Source: a bacterium (GTDB lineage: Bacteria; Fidelibacterota; Fidelibacteria; Fidelibacterales; Fidelibacteraceae). From it: a stretch of DNA of 64,000 bases. The position numbers and the translations under genes were made by a program. The DNA lies in contig OY781066.1 in the NCBI GenBank assembly GCA_963676395.1, positions 992,001 through 1,056,000 of the forward strand. Direction: 5' to 3'. This document shows positions 1 to 9,994 of the stretch, piece after piece; position 1 is the stretch's first letter, and every line of letters starts with the position of its first letter. Below the pieces are notes generated by a model, which had not been told where the DNA came from, searched no databases, and worked only from the letters and a program-made list of their open reading frames with translations.

Positions 1-1486
1 CGGATAAAACATTCATCCGCCAGATTCTACTATCACTCAACTCACCATCAGATACCATGACCTCCAACGAATCGAAGCCAAACCAGTTATTAGGTGCTGA
101 GCATCGGACACGCGCTCCATTATAATGTGCACGAATATTGCCAAGGCGACGGATCTGCCATTTCAACTCGCCGGCATCGCTTTCTACATCCTCTGCATAC
201 TTTTCCAATTCCTCACGAGCAATGACCAATCGTTCATCCTCCAGAAACATGGTGTCCGGCAAAACGCTCAATACAGGCGCATCATTCACCGGAGTCAATT
301 CTATTTTCCAGAGGGTACTGTCTTTTAATTCGCCGTCGCTGACTGTAAGTAAAAGTTTTTCGGTACCGTACCAGTTTTCATCGGCAATCAATGTCACCTT
401 TCCACCTTCTGTAGAAATACTGATATGCTCACTGGAAAACACATGAATTTTTAATAGAGAATCCGCTGACTCAACATCGGAAGCATAATCATAAAGCATC
501 TCCAAGGGAAATTGGCGGTACTCATCTTCAGGGAAACGAAATGAGGTTATACTTTTCCATTGAGGCGCATCATTCACCGGATTGACTTGGATATATTGGA
601 CTAAGGTATCGTGCGATTCCCTGTCACCTACCCAAAAATACAGGGTATCTTTCCCCGACCAGTTTTCCCGTGGCCTGTAAACATATGCATTCTTGAAACG
701 ACGACAATTACGAACACCAAATAAAAGACGAAGTTTCAAATCGTCTTGACCATCTTTATCTTCAACACATGCCAGGAGCGAGTCGATAGGCATGCTGATA
801 TCTACATCTTCGGGGGTTTCTAAAATAGGTCGCTCGCGAACAATACGAGGCAGATCGTTTACGGGCATGACCATAATGGAATAATCAACAGTATCGGAGA
901 AAATACCTTTTGAATATGTGAGCCTTATATTTGCGTTACCATGCCAGTCGGGCGAGGGAACAACAAACAAGCCACTGTCACTCTGTTCAAGAGACATTAC
1001 GTTTTTGTCGACGGTTGGAGTAAATGCTACTCCTTCAAAAAGCCCATCATTCGGTAGTGCGATAAATAGCGAGTCATCTTCTTGCATTGGAAAAAGTCGG
1101 GTATTCAATAAAGGCAAGGCAGCATTCTCATATACCATCCATTCCTTATCTACCTTCTGAACAAGATCGGGAATGCTATCGCCATTGCAATCAAAGCTAA
1201 GGATAGGGCCACTGTTCTCAGAGAGCTTTAGCGTATCGCCATTATCCCAGGAAATGATAAGCCCTTGCAGACCTACAATTTCTTCGTTCACTCCATTAAG
1301 ATCCAAATCCACCCAAAGCGTATCTGAAAATTTTAATTCTTTTTGATCTCTGATACTTTTTTTTACATCTTTTGTCAGCTTAACGGCCGCTTGCATATCT
1401 CCTGCCAAAATATTTTCCACACCAAAAGCATACACTAAGCAAAATGCTGAAAAAACAAGTATTTTTAAGAGGTTTTGAGATCTCAT
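1..1486 (-). CDS. Secreted protein with cadherin/Ig-like (tandem-95/Big_9-type) repeats; C-terminus runs off the window
   Basis: Not in the ORF track. Manual translation from ATG at 1486: MRSQNLLKILVFSAFCLVYAFG (signal peptide), then P.PDWHG, PVNDLP and PVNDAP motifs typical of cadherin-like repeats. Confidence 0.75.
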   Translation of the reverse strand, partial: MRSQNLLKILVFSAFCLVYAFGVENILAGDMQAAVKLTKDVKKSIRDQKELKFSDTLWVDLDLNGVNEEIVGLQGLIISWDNGDTLKLSENSGPILSFDCNGDSIPDLVQKVDKEWMVYENAALPLLNTRLFPMQEDDSLFIALPNDGLFEGVAFTPTVDKNVMSLEQSDSGLFVVPSPDWHGNANIRLTYSKGIFSDTVDYSIMVMPVNDLPRIVRERPILETPEDVDISMPIDSLLACVEDKDGQDDLKLRLLFGVRNCRRFKNAYVYRPRENWSGKDTLYFWVGDRESHDTLVQYIQVNPVNDAPQWKSITSFRFPEDEYRQFPLEMLYDYASDVESADSLLKIHVFSSEHISISTEGGKVTLIADENWYGTEKLLLTVSDGELKDSTLWKIELTPVNDAPVLSVLPDTMFLEDERLVIAREELEKYAEDVESDAGELKWQIRRLGNIRAHYNGARVRCSAPNNWFGFDSLEVMVSDGELSDSRIWRMNVLS

Positions 1487-1686
1487 TTTCTTCCAATTCA
1501 AGAACCGTTTTACAAACGCCTAAATGTAATTTTAAATGATAACTTGCACAAAGCTTTTTTACACATAAACGTAGTCTTTAAAGCTTGAAAGCATCGTAAT
1601 AAGCTAACTTTAATATTAAAAATTAAATCGTTATTCTCATCTCACTCTCACCCCCCGGTGTTCAGCACAAAATATCATCTAAAAAC

Positions 1687-1708
1687 AAAAAGGCTCCCTT
1701 CGGAGCCT
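1687..1708 (-). terminator. Rho-independent terminator after ileS-dksA
   Basis: AGGCTCC-cttc-GGAGCCT hairpin with a T-tract on the minus strand. Confidence 0.75.
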
Positions 1709-1745
1709 ATCTTTATACTACCAATCACTGATTTTCAGTTAGCAG

Positions 1746-2141
1746 TTACACTATTTTTGATTTACACTTAACGCAATGTGTTGTATGAGGCACTTCTTCT
1801 AGACGTTCATCGGGAATACGAACACCACATTCTTTGCAGTATCCGTAGTTTTCATCATTTTCGATGCGATCTAACGCCTTATCGAGATAGGTCAAGAACT
1901 TGTTTTCACGCGCATATTGCATGAAAGCCTTTTCTCGTTCCTGAGCATCGGTACCCACATCAGCCATATGATAGGCATAGTTGGAATCCAACTGTGAGCT
2001 TCCGGGCGAGGAATCCATGAAGGATTCGCGCTTGGTCTCGATCTGTGCCACAGCTTCTTCGCGTTTATTGAGAATTACTTCTCTAAAATGCTTGCGTTGA
2101 GCTTTTGTCAGTTTTGGGCCTTGGCGTTTAACTTCCGGCAT
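1746..2141 (-). CDS. dksA: TraR/DksA C4-type zinc finger protein
   Basis: Coiled coil with HMADVGTD tip and CKEC...CVKC zinc finger; directly downstream of ileS. Confidence 0.85.
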   Translation of the reverse strand: MPEVKRQGPKLTKAQRKHFREVILNKREEAVAQIETKRESFMDSSPGSSQLDSNYAYHMADVGTDAQEREKAFMQYARENKFLTYLDKALDRIENDENYGYCKECGVRIPDERLEEVPHTTHCVKCKSKIV

Positions 2142-2165
2142 AATGTCTTCCTCTTAATGTGTGAA

Positions 2166-5100
2166 TTATTTTACGCGAATAATATTAAGAATTATTCCGT
2201 CATTTCCAACTTTTATTTCTTTACTGGCATCGTATTTATCTGCCTTCTCTTCAAGGAAAGTCGCAAGTGTCTCAGCTTCAAGATATTCACGATACGATTC
2301 AACCGCAGTCAATACATCATTATTTGCATCAATATAAAGCTCAATACGATCGTCAACCTGGAAATCGGCTTCTTTTCGCAGTGTTTGTATATGACGAACA
2401 AGGTCACGAACCAATCCTTCTTTAGCCAGTTCATCCGTGATATTCACATCAAGAATTGCAACATAACCTTTATCTTCTACCGCAACCACGCCATCTTTCT
2501 CATTAACCACAACATTCAGGTCTTGAGGTTCAACGGTGATACCTGCAATAAGCACAGATTCTCCGGCATGAACTTTGGCGGCCAATTCACCACCATCAAG
2601 TTGTTTAATGCCGGCGGCAACCACTTTCATGTCTTTGCCCAATTTCTTGCCAAGCGTATTGAAGTTGGGTTTAACATCGTATGATACATATTCATCAATA
2701 GAGTCCACGAGTGAAACTTTCTTGATATTCAATTCTTCTTTGATCTGATCGGCCAATTCTGTGATGTATGCTTTTTCTTTATCATTCTTGGCTTTAAACA
2801 GCATCTCTGCCAAAGGTTGACGAGTACGAATATTGGCTTTATTACGAGCGGAGCGACCCATCTCAACGGCCTTAATGATGGTATCGATCTTATTTAAGAG
2901 ATCCACATCCAACATGCTTTCGTCGGCAAGCGGGAAATCCTGCAAGTGCACAGATTCGGGGGCAGTCTTGTCTACCGACAACACAAGGTTCTGATAAATG
3001 TCTTCCGTTGCAAAAGGCAAAATAGGTGCAATAGCTGTAATAAGCGTGCGCAATACGGTGTACAGTGTATAATAAGCACCGAATTTATCATTATCGTTTT
3101 CGCTTTTCCAAAAACGGCGGCGTGAACGACGAACATACCAGTTTGACATTTCATCGAGGATCTTTTCGAATTTTCGCATCAGGCGTTCAACGTGATATTC
3201 GCTAAAGTCTTTATTGGCTTCTTTAACGAAAGCGTTCACTTTGGCCAAGGCCCATTTATCCAACTGAGACAAATCGTCGTAAGCAACGGGATCTTTGGTA
3301 GGATCATAGCTATCTATCTCGGCATACGTAATATAGAATGAATACATATTCCAAAGGGTGAGCAGTTTTTTGCGAATTTCATCGGCAGGGCCGTAACCGA
3401 AATTCAAGTTATGCTCGGGATTGTGAGCCGTGTACATCCAGCGCATCACATCTACACCCATCTTGTCTGCAGCTTCGTGGAAAGGAATAGAATTTCCGGC
3501 AGACTTATGCATGTCGTTGCCTTTTTCATCCTTAACAAGTGCATGACCAAGCACGGTTTTAAAAGGTGCGGTATTTTCAAGAACGGTACTCATGGCAAGC
3601 AAGGAATAGAACCAGTTACGGAACTGACCGGGCAGTGATTCTGTAATGAATTCTGCAGGGAACCATTGCTTCCAGTATTCTTTGTTGGTGATATAGTTCA
3701 TGGTTGAATAAGGTACAATACCTGCATCTAACCAAGGGTTGCCTACATCGGGAATACGGTGCGCTTCGGCGCCGCATTTGGAACATTTAATACCAATGTT
3801 ATCAATATAAGGTTTGTGCGGTGAATGGCCATCAAACTCTTCATAACCGCTGATTGCACGATCTTTCAATTCGTCCTTACCGCCGATCACTTCAAAATTA
3901 CCACATTCTTTACATTCCCAGATAGGAAGTGATAAACCCCAGTAGCGTTTCTTAGAGATCATCCAGTCGCCCATGTTGCGCAGCCAGTCCATCTCACGAT
4001 CGTGACCCCAACCGGGGATCCAATTGATCTGATCGACAACTTTCATCATTTCGTGTCGAAGCTCGTCCATAGAGATAAACCATTCATCCACAAGACGGAA
4101 CACCAATTCCGATCCATGGCGCCAACAAGTTGGATAACGGTGTTTGATCTGATCGATCTTATAACAAATATTTTTTTCTTTTAAATTGTCAAATACTTCG
4201 GGTGTGATCTCCTGGCAATTCTTGCCGGTGAGGTAATCAAAGCCATCAACATAGTTACCGAATTCATCAATGGGCGCCAAAACGGAAATATCGTTTTCTT
4301 TAGACAGCTGAAAATCTTCCTTACCGCAACCGGGAGCAATATGCACAATACCGGTACCATCGCTGTCGCTGACTTCATCCCAAGCGATCACAAAATGATC
4401 CACATCTTTTTGAGCCGTTAATTCATCAAAAGGACCATGATATTTTAAGCCAAGAAGATCTTTACCTTTGAGCTCTTCAACAACTTCATGGTCGCCATTT
4501 AAAATGGAAATAAGATTTTTTGCAAGATAGTGATATTCGTCGCCTTGTTTGACTTTAACATAATCCATATCCACATTCACGGCTGCGGCAGTATTCGCGG
4601 CCAGCGTCCAGGGTGTGGTGGTCCATACCAATAGAGATTCGTTTTCTTTGTCTTTTAGTTTAAATTTTACAAAGACGGTTTTATGAGTCAGGTCTTTATA
4701 ACCTTCGGTGGCAATTTCGTGTTCGCTCATGGCAGAACCACAGCGAGGACACCAAGGCATCACATCGTGACCTTTATAAATTAGGCCGCGGTCATAGGCT
4801 TTTTTCAGGAAATGCCAGATCGTGTAATTGTTCTCATCGCTCATGGTGTAATAGGAATTGTCCCAATCCATCCAATAGCCCAGGCGTTTAGACTGCTCGG
4901 TCTGAATACCCGAATACTTGATCACGCGGTCTTTACAAGCCTGCACAAAATTTTCGATCCCGAAGGCTTCGATATCGGTTTTTGATTTAAAGCCATGTTC
5001 TTTTTCCACTTCGACTTCCACCCAGAGACCCTGGCAATCGAAACCATTCTGGTAGCGCAGCTTTTGTCCCAACATAGAATGATAGCGGTTGAACACATCT

Positions 5101-5294
5101 TTTAACGTACGACCCCAGGCATGGTGCACACCCATGGGATTGTTGGCCGTCATCGGACCATCTAAAAATGACCAGCGCGGACCGTTCGCGTTTTGTTCGC
5201 GGCGTTTATTAAAAATAGAATTGTCTTCCCAGAACTTCAGCTGATCATGCTCAAGTTTAATAAAATCCACCTTGGAAGAGACCGGTTTGTACAT
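2166..5294 (-). CDS. ileS: Isoleucine--tRNA ligase (type 2)
   Basis: GPMTANN, GFDCQGL, WTTTPWTL, GTGIVHIAPG, DWMISKKRYWG and NWYVRRSRRRFW motifs; signature motifs read GVHH and DMHKS. Confidence 0.97.
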   Translation of the reverse strand: MYKPVSSKVDFIKLEHDQLKFWEDNSIFNKRREQNANGPRWSFLDGPMTANNPMGVHHAWGRTLKDVFNRYHSMLGQKLRYQNGFDCQGLWVEVEVEKEHGFKSKTDIEAFGIENFVQACKDRVIKYSGIQTEQSKRLGYWMDWDNSYYTMSDENNYTIWHFLKKAYDRGLIYKGHDVMPWCPRCGSAMSEHEIATEGYKDLTHKTVFVKFKLKDKENESLLVWTTTPWTLAANTAAAVNVDMDYVKVKQGDEYHYLAKNLISILNGDHEVVEELKGKDLLGLKYHGPFDELTAQKDVDHFVIAWDEVSDSDGTGIVHIAPGCGKEDFQLSKENDISVLAPIDEFGNYVDGFDYLTGKNCQEITPEVFDNLKEKNICYKIDQIKHRYPTCWRHGSELVFRLVDEWFISMDELRHEMMKVVDQINWIPGWGHDREMDWLRNMGDWMISKKRYWGLSLPIWECKECGNFEVIGGKDELKDRAISGYEEFDGHSPHKPYIDNIGIKCSKCGAEAHRIPDVGNPWLDAGIVPYSTMNYITNKEYWKQWFPAEFITESLPGQFRNWFYSLLAMSTVLENTAPFKTVLGHALVKDEKGNDMHKSAGNSIPFHEAADKMGVDVMRWMYTAHNPEHNLNFGYGPADEIRKKLLTLWNMYSFYITYAEIDSYDPTKDPVAYDDLSQLDKWALAKVNAFVKEANKDFSEYHVERLMRKFEKILDEMSNWYVRRSRRRFWKSENDNDKFGAYYTLYTVLRTLITAIAPILPFATEDIYQNLVLSVDKTAPESVHLQDFPLADESMLDVDLLNKIDTIIKAVEMGRSARNKANIRTRQPLAEMLFKAKNDKEKAYITELADQIKEELNIKKVSLVDSIDEYVSYDVKPNFNTLGKKLGKDMKVVAAGIKQLDGGELAAKVHAGESVLIAGITVEPQDLNVVVNEKDGVVAVEDKGYVAILDVNITDELAKEGLVRDLVRHIQTLRKEADFQVDDRIELYIDANNDVLTAVESYREYLEAETLATFLEEKADKYDASKEIKVGNDGIILNIIRVK

Positions 5295-5461
5295 CTTAAA
5301 TTCCTTTGCTTCAAATTCATGTCAATAGCCCAGTAAAATATAATTGTATGTGCTGAAAAACAAGTAATTATCTATTGTTGAAAGAGTTATAAAAATGTTG
5401 CTTTGTAGAAACACAGCACTGCTGCGCCTGTACCAGATTATCATGTAAAATTCAGCATGTT

Positions 5462-5597
5462 ATTATCGCAGGAAAGACTATCAGCCGTCAGCCATCAGCT
5501 ATTCAAGACGCATTTGCTGAACGCTATTTGCTGAGAGCTGTTTGCTGTTTGCTGATTGCTGATTGCTGATTGCTGATTGCTGATTGCTAAAAGCTAA
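5462..5597. repeat. Heptamer stutter repeat element (TCAGC arm, unique loop, (GCTGATT)n arm); second copy at 15669-15734
   Basis: Tandem GCTGATT units; 27-bp core ATCAGCTATTCAAGACGCATTTGCTGA is identical in both copies. Confidence 0.85.
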
Positions 5598-5712
5598 AAA
5601 AAGAAATACACAGAATCCAGAAGCCAGTAGTTAGTAGTCAGAATAAGAATTCAGAAGTCGGAAATCTTCGATATTCTAGCTGCTAAATTCTGGCTACTGA
5701 CTTCTGTTTGTC

Positions 5713-5759
5713 TGTCATTTCGACCGAATCCGCCAGCCGGCGGAGGAGCGTAGAGATCT
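5713..5759. repeat. REP-like palindromic element
   Basis: TGTCATTTCGACCGAA-TCCGCCAGCCGGCGGA-GGAGCGTAGAGATCT; the inner palindrome recurs near 13478 and 19761. Confidence 0.65.
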
Positions 5760-5873
5760 ATTCATGAGACAGAGAAATTGAAACGCCTCTATCCACAGAT
5801 CTCGAAAATTTAAAAAATAATATGTTTTTCAGCACCAGTGTGCATAAATTGCTTATAACAAAGAGGAATAAAT

Positions 5874-6329
5874 ATGAAAAAAACACTTTTACTTCTATTA
5901 TCGCTATGTCTGATAGCCTTCTCCTGCCACATGCCCATCCCAGAGCCCACCCTCTCTGAGCTCCCGCTCAACCCTGTGGCTTATGAGCATTACGATTTTT
6001 CATATTGGGCGGATACGGTTCATTATAGCCCGGATAATACGCCCACCGGTGTGAAAATCTTTATTATGGATGACACACTTGTTGTAGATGTCTGTTTTTG
6101 GGACAAAATGGAAGCGACCGATATAGACATGTCTGCTGCCAATAAAGGAGATACACTGGTTCTTAACTTAAATGGCAATTTCAATAAGATCGTCTGCGCC
6201 GATTCGCACTATCTATTCCGATATAAATTTACCGATTTTATCTCTCAAAACTTTTATTACAGAGTGTGGTTTAACAATTCCGAGAACAAATTTGAGGGTT
6301 ACTCGTCTGATGCCTTTGTATTTGAGTAA
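5874..6329 (+). CDS. Hypothetical lipoprotein
   Basis: GAGGA RBS; signal peptide ending in an AFSC lipobox-like motif. Confidence 0.75.
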   Translation: MKKTLLLLLSLCLIAFSCHMPIPEPTLSELPLNPVAYEHYDFSYWADTVHYSPDNTPTGVKIFIMDDTLVVDVCFWDKMEATDIDMSAANKGDTLVLNLNGNFNKIVCADSHYLFRYKFTDFISQNFYYRVWFNNSENKFEGYSSDAFVFE

Positions 6330-6547
6330 AGTTAATCCGTTCGATTAACTCAGTTTTCTTACTCTCTACTCTTTTGCATTACGAACGAAGTGGAGGTGTC
6401 ATCGCGGACCCCGAAACGTCGGGGCCGACGGATTGTTGATTCAGGATCGGCTCCATTCCACCCGGGCGTGTTTTTCGCGATACATGCACTATTTATTGCA
6501 TTTTTAGTACACGTTTGAGAAATATGTCCCATCCGGCACCATATCAT

Positions 6548-6644
6548 TATCGTATCATATCGTATATTATCGTATCATTTTTAAAACTATTTACATTATT
6601 TTAATATTTGTATCGTATCGTATCATATCGTATATTATCGTATC
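6548..6644 (+). promoter_or_regulatory. Two identical 29-bp direct repeats upstream of the fic gene (putative operators)
   Basis: TATCGTATCATATCGTATATTATCGTATC at 6548-6576 and 6616-6644, with internal 10-bp periodicity. Confidence 0.6.
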
Positions 6645-6670
6645 GTTTTAACAAAAAGCAATAAGATATT

Positions 6671-7714
6671 ATGGTAAGTAAAATTCACACTTTTTCGCTG
6701 GATCTTCAATGGAAGCTGATCAATGACATTTCTAAGATCGATCGTTTCGATGCATCATGGACATCTATAGAAAAAAAGGAAGGTTCCAGTTTACATCAAT
6801 TAAAACAAATTGAAACTGTAAGAAGCGTGGGCGCATCTACCCGAATCGAAGGTTCGCTGATGTCGGATGATGAAATACGGATCTTTCTTGAAAAAGAGAT
6901 CGACATAACAAAGCTCGACGACAGGGATTCCCAGGAAGTTCTGGGCTATTTTGATACCCTGGATATTATCTGTGATTCTTACAACAATATCAATATCACA
7001 GAAAGCGCCATTAAGAACTTGCACAACATCCTCTGCAAATACAGCGAAAAAGACCATTGGCATAAAGGCGATTATAAACAACAGAATAATGCAGTAGAAG
7101 CCACACTGCCGAATGGAGAGAAAAAAACATTGTTCAAAACAACGCCGGCAGGTATTCCTACGGAAAGCGCTATGAGAGAATTGATCGAATGGTATCATGC
7201 CGACAAGAACACACATCCATTGGTCAAATGTGCAAGCTTTGTTTACGATTTTGTGAGCATTCATCCCTTTCAAGATGGGAACGGACGCTTGAGCCGTCTC
7301 TTGACGACTTTATTATTGCTGAAATCCGGATATAAATGGATACAATATGTCAGTTTTGAACATGAGATCGAAAGCAGAAAGAGTGAATATTATTCTGTAC
7401 TAAGGACGTGTCAGGCTAAACGCCCGAATGAAAACATCACACCCTGGAACGAATTCTTTTTCTCGGCTTTATCTAACATTCAAGAACAATTAATGGCCAA
7501 ACTTGAACACGAAGGATCCGGATCGGAATTATCAATGAGGGAAAAAATCATTGTCACGTATATTGCAGGGCACCCGGGGTGCAGATCCGGAGACATTTCA
7601 GATAAACTTGATATCCCTCTGCCCAGTGTTAAACGATTACTCGCCGAGCTTTACAGGAAAAACCTGATCGACCGGCATGGGTCCGGTCCGGGAACACATT
7701 ATACCGCCAATTAA
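6671..7714 (+). CDS. Fic family protein with C-terminal winged HTH
   Basis: HPFQDGNGRLSR Fic motif, STRIEGS inhibitory-helix-like motif, C-terminal wHTH (SVKRLLAELYRKNLIDRHGSGPGTHY). Confidence 0.92.
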   Translation: MVSKIHTFSLDLQWKLINDISKIDRFDASWTSIEKKEGSSLHQLKQIETVRSVGASTRIEGSLMSDDEIRIFLEKEIDITKLDDRDSQEVLGYFDTLDIICDSYNNINITESAIKNLHNILCKYSEKDHWHKGDYKQQNNAVEATLPNGEKKTLFKTTPAGIPTESAMRELIEWYHADKNTHPLVKCASFVYDFVSIHPFQDGNGRLSRLLTTLLLLKSGYKWIQYVSFEHEIESRKSEYYSVLRTCQAKRPNENITPWNEFFFSALSNIQEQLMAKLEHEGSGSELSMREKIIVTYIAGHPGCRSGDISDKLDIPLPSVKRLLAELYRKNLIDRHGSGPGTHYTAN

Positions 7715-7898
7715 TAATTTACGATCTTAAACCATAAACATTAAACGTTTACGCCCCCGCTCGGAACGAGAGCATGAGTGTAAGTGAATACGATGGTACG
7801 AAATTCAACCTCCCGATCGTACTACGTACTGTCGTACTTTCGCACCCTCGAAATTCTCAATCGCACGCTCTTCCCCACCTGCTCTCGTACGCTCGTTT

Positions 7899-7914
7899 TG
7901 TGATGCCCGTCACA
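7899..7914. promoter_or_regulatory. CRP/FNR-family-like box
   Basis: TGTGA-tgcccg-TCACA, a perfect TGTGA-N6-TCACA. Confidence 0.55.
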
Positions 7915-7931
7915 CAATCAATCACAACACA

Positions 7932-8002
7932 TCTGCCTACTGCTTACCGCCTACACTCTGCCTACCGCCTAGTGCATAGTGCATAGTGCATAGTGCCTAC
8001 TG
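7932..8002. repeat. Heptamer tandem repeats (CTGCCTA-like and TAGTGCA units)
   Basis: ctgcctactgcttaccgccta... followed by tandem tagtgca units. Confidence 0.8.
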
Positions 8003-8010
8003 ATCCTTAA

Positions 8011-8085
8011 TTCCCTGATTTCCAACAATTTAAATTACTATTTGCAAAGTTCAGCTAATTTCCACATATTGTTCCTTTAATTAAA
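8011..8085 (+). promoter_or_regulatory. Repeated promoter block family 1, copy A
   Basis: About 75 bp aligning with 8891-8965 and 15883-15957; TTGCAA-17bp-CATATT. Confidence 0.7.
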
Positions 8086-8096
8086 TTCAAAATACT

Positions 8097-8867
8097 ATGA
8101 ACGATTTAGCAATTATTCAAAAACAGCTTCAAACCCATTCCGGTATTACAATTCAATCTTTAAATGAATTGGAACTGTATAAAAATAAGTTTTTTCTTTA
8201 TAGGGGTAATATTGTTCTTGTATACATAAGAGATCAATACTCTAATTCCAAGAATAAAAAACACAGAGAGTATAAATATCATATTACCAACTGTAAAACC
8301 CTTTTGGAGATGGCCAATAATGATCGATTTGATAGGTATGTTATTTCAACCCGAATTGATGGATATTTTTTGATAAATTTGCGGGATGTCGAAACACATA
8401 AATTAATTAAAAAAGGAGTTGTAGAACATTTAAACGTATGTAAAAATTGTTTGTTAAAACTTGGCTACCGTGGTTATAAAAATCATAAAGAGGATAAGAA
8501 TATTTATCATAACTTTAACTTCAATGACTTTCTAAAAGAGAATTATACTTTCTTTAAACAACAGCCTAAATATAATAATTTTAATGCACCTCAAGACGAA
8601 TACACGAAAGATTTTGAACAAATATCATATTCATTTAGGGCAATAAATGATTGGCGATGCAGTAACTGTGGAATTGGGCTTGAGAATAATAAAGAATTTT
8701 TAGACACACACCACATCAATGGTATAAAATCTGACAACAATTTAACTAATTTGGAATGTTTGTGCGTATGCTGTCATGCTAATAAATATCTCCATGATCA
8801 TATGAAAAAATCAAAGAAATATGCAACCTTCATTAACAAATTGATGAAGGGAGGTAAGACAAAATAG
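8097..8867 (+). CDS. HNH endonuclease (ZorE-like architecture)
   Basis: C-terminal CSNC...THHINGIKSDN...NLECLCVCCH HNH; N-terminal YIRDQ..KYHITNCKTL..RFDRYV..VCKNCL region recalled from Zorya-associated HNH proteins. Confidence 0.8.
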   Translation: MNDLAIIQKQLQTHSGITIQSLNELELYKNKFFLYRGNIVLVYIRDQYSNSKNKKHREYKYHITNCKTLLEMANNDRFDRYVISTRIDGYFLINLRDVETHKLIKKGVVEHLNVCKNCLLKLGYRGYKNHKEDKNIYHNFNFNDFLKENYTFFKQQPKYNNFNAPQDEYTKDFEQISYSFRAINDWRCSNCGIGLENNKEFLDTHHINGIKSDNNLTNLECLCVCCHANKYLHDHMKKSKKYATFINKLMKGGKTK

Positions 8868-8890
8868 AATTTTCTCAAATAATCATCGAA

Positions 8891-8965
8891 CTCCCTGAAC
8901 ACCAACTAATTAAATTATTATTTGCAGAATTCGACTATTATCTACATATTATTGTCATGAATTAA
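8891..8965 (+). promoter_or_regulatory. Repeated promoter block family 1, copy B
   Basis: ctccctgaacaccaactaattaaattattatTTGCAGaattcgactattatctaCATATTattgtcatgaattaa. Confidence 0.7.
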
Positions 8966-9108
8966 TAAATAATCAAGCAAATGAAACATTTTATGTTTAT
9001 AGTGTTTTATAATAAAGCTATCGAAATAATAACGTTGGAGTTGGTATGAAAAAAATGAACATGTCGATAATTAGTATAAGTACTGAATTAATTTAAAGGA
9101 AAATTATT

Positions 9109-9474
9109 ATGAATTGTACAATGGACTATGAAATATTTATTAGAACAGCGTTTGGGTATACCACAAATAAAGGTGAAATAATCAATCGCTGGGATGATCC
9201 CGCTGGATTAGCGACCACTGATATTTTTACTCTAGATAATATCTTCAGTGTTAAAGCTGCAACAAGTTATTGTATGGAAATATTTTCTCATGCAATAATT
9301 AATAAACATGGTGAAAATATTAATGATGCCGAACATTCACGGCTTAAGGATTTTACAAAAAAAATTCTAAATGCCAAAGATCTTGATACAATATGCAAAT
9401 TAATTAATGAGTATAATGAAACTGTTATTAAGAAATATTTCGATTTTAATAATGGCATTATTAATTTGAGATAA
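9109..9474 (+). CDS. Hypothetical protein
   Basis: 121-aa ORF with AAAGGA RBS, downstream of promoter block B. Confidence 0.65.
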   Translation: MNCTMDYEIFIRTAFGYTTNKGEIINRWDDPAGLATTDIFTLDNIFSVKAATSYCMEIFSHAIINKHGENINDAEHSRLKDFTKKILNAKDLDTICKLINEYNETVIKKYFDFNNGIINLR

Positions 9475-9994
9475 CTGTTATAGCAATTGTATTAAATAAT
9501 TCATTTTCCCAGCAAATTACAAAATACTTGTACCTAAAAGAAAATGCTATATTTTATTTGAATACAAATAAAATATGTTACAAATATGCGATTATATTCT
9601 CATTTTTTCTTATTTCGTCACCTTGGGCCTCATTCATTACTTATACCTCTCCTTGTATTCTAGTACCGTGAATGGCGCCAGTTAAAAAGCGCTGGCTCTG
9701 AGCGCTGAGAAAAATCCCTTCAATATATCCCCCATTTTCAATTCTTGCTTCTCCCCCCATCATTACCAACAATTGAAAATTGACAGAGGACAATTGACAA
9801 TTAATTGGTCAATCTTAAATGGATAATTATCTGTGTAATCTGCGAAATCTGTGGATATAATTTGTTTTATTTTCTTCTCCCATTCTTCCATTTATCGTTC
9901 ATCGTTTATAGTTTCTTCCGTTGACTTTACCCCATCAATTCCTCAAATTGCACTTGCTTAAATTATTAATACCTGCAAGCGGAAAAGGATAAAG

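Noticed and set aside
125..1160. Short plus-strand ORFs (125-328, 138-446, 918-1160)
   Set aside because: Antisense shadows of the long minus-strand cadherin-repeat gene
7774..7986. 70-aa ORF
   Set aside because: Translation of stutter-repeat DNA (AYRLHSAYRL); no RBS or family features
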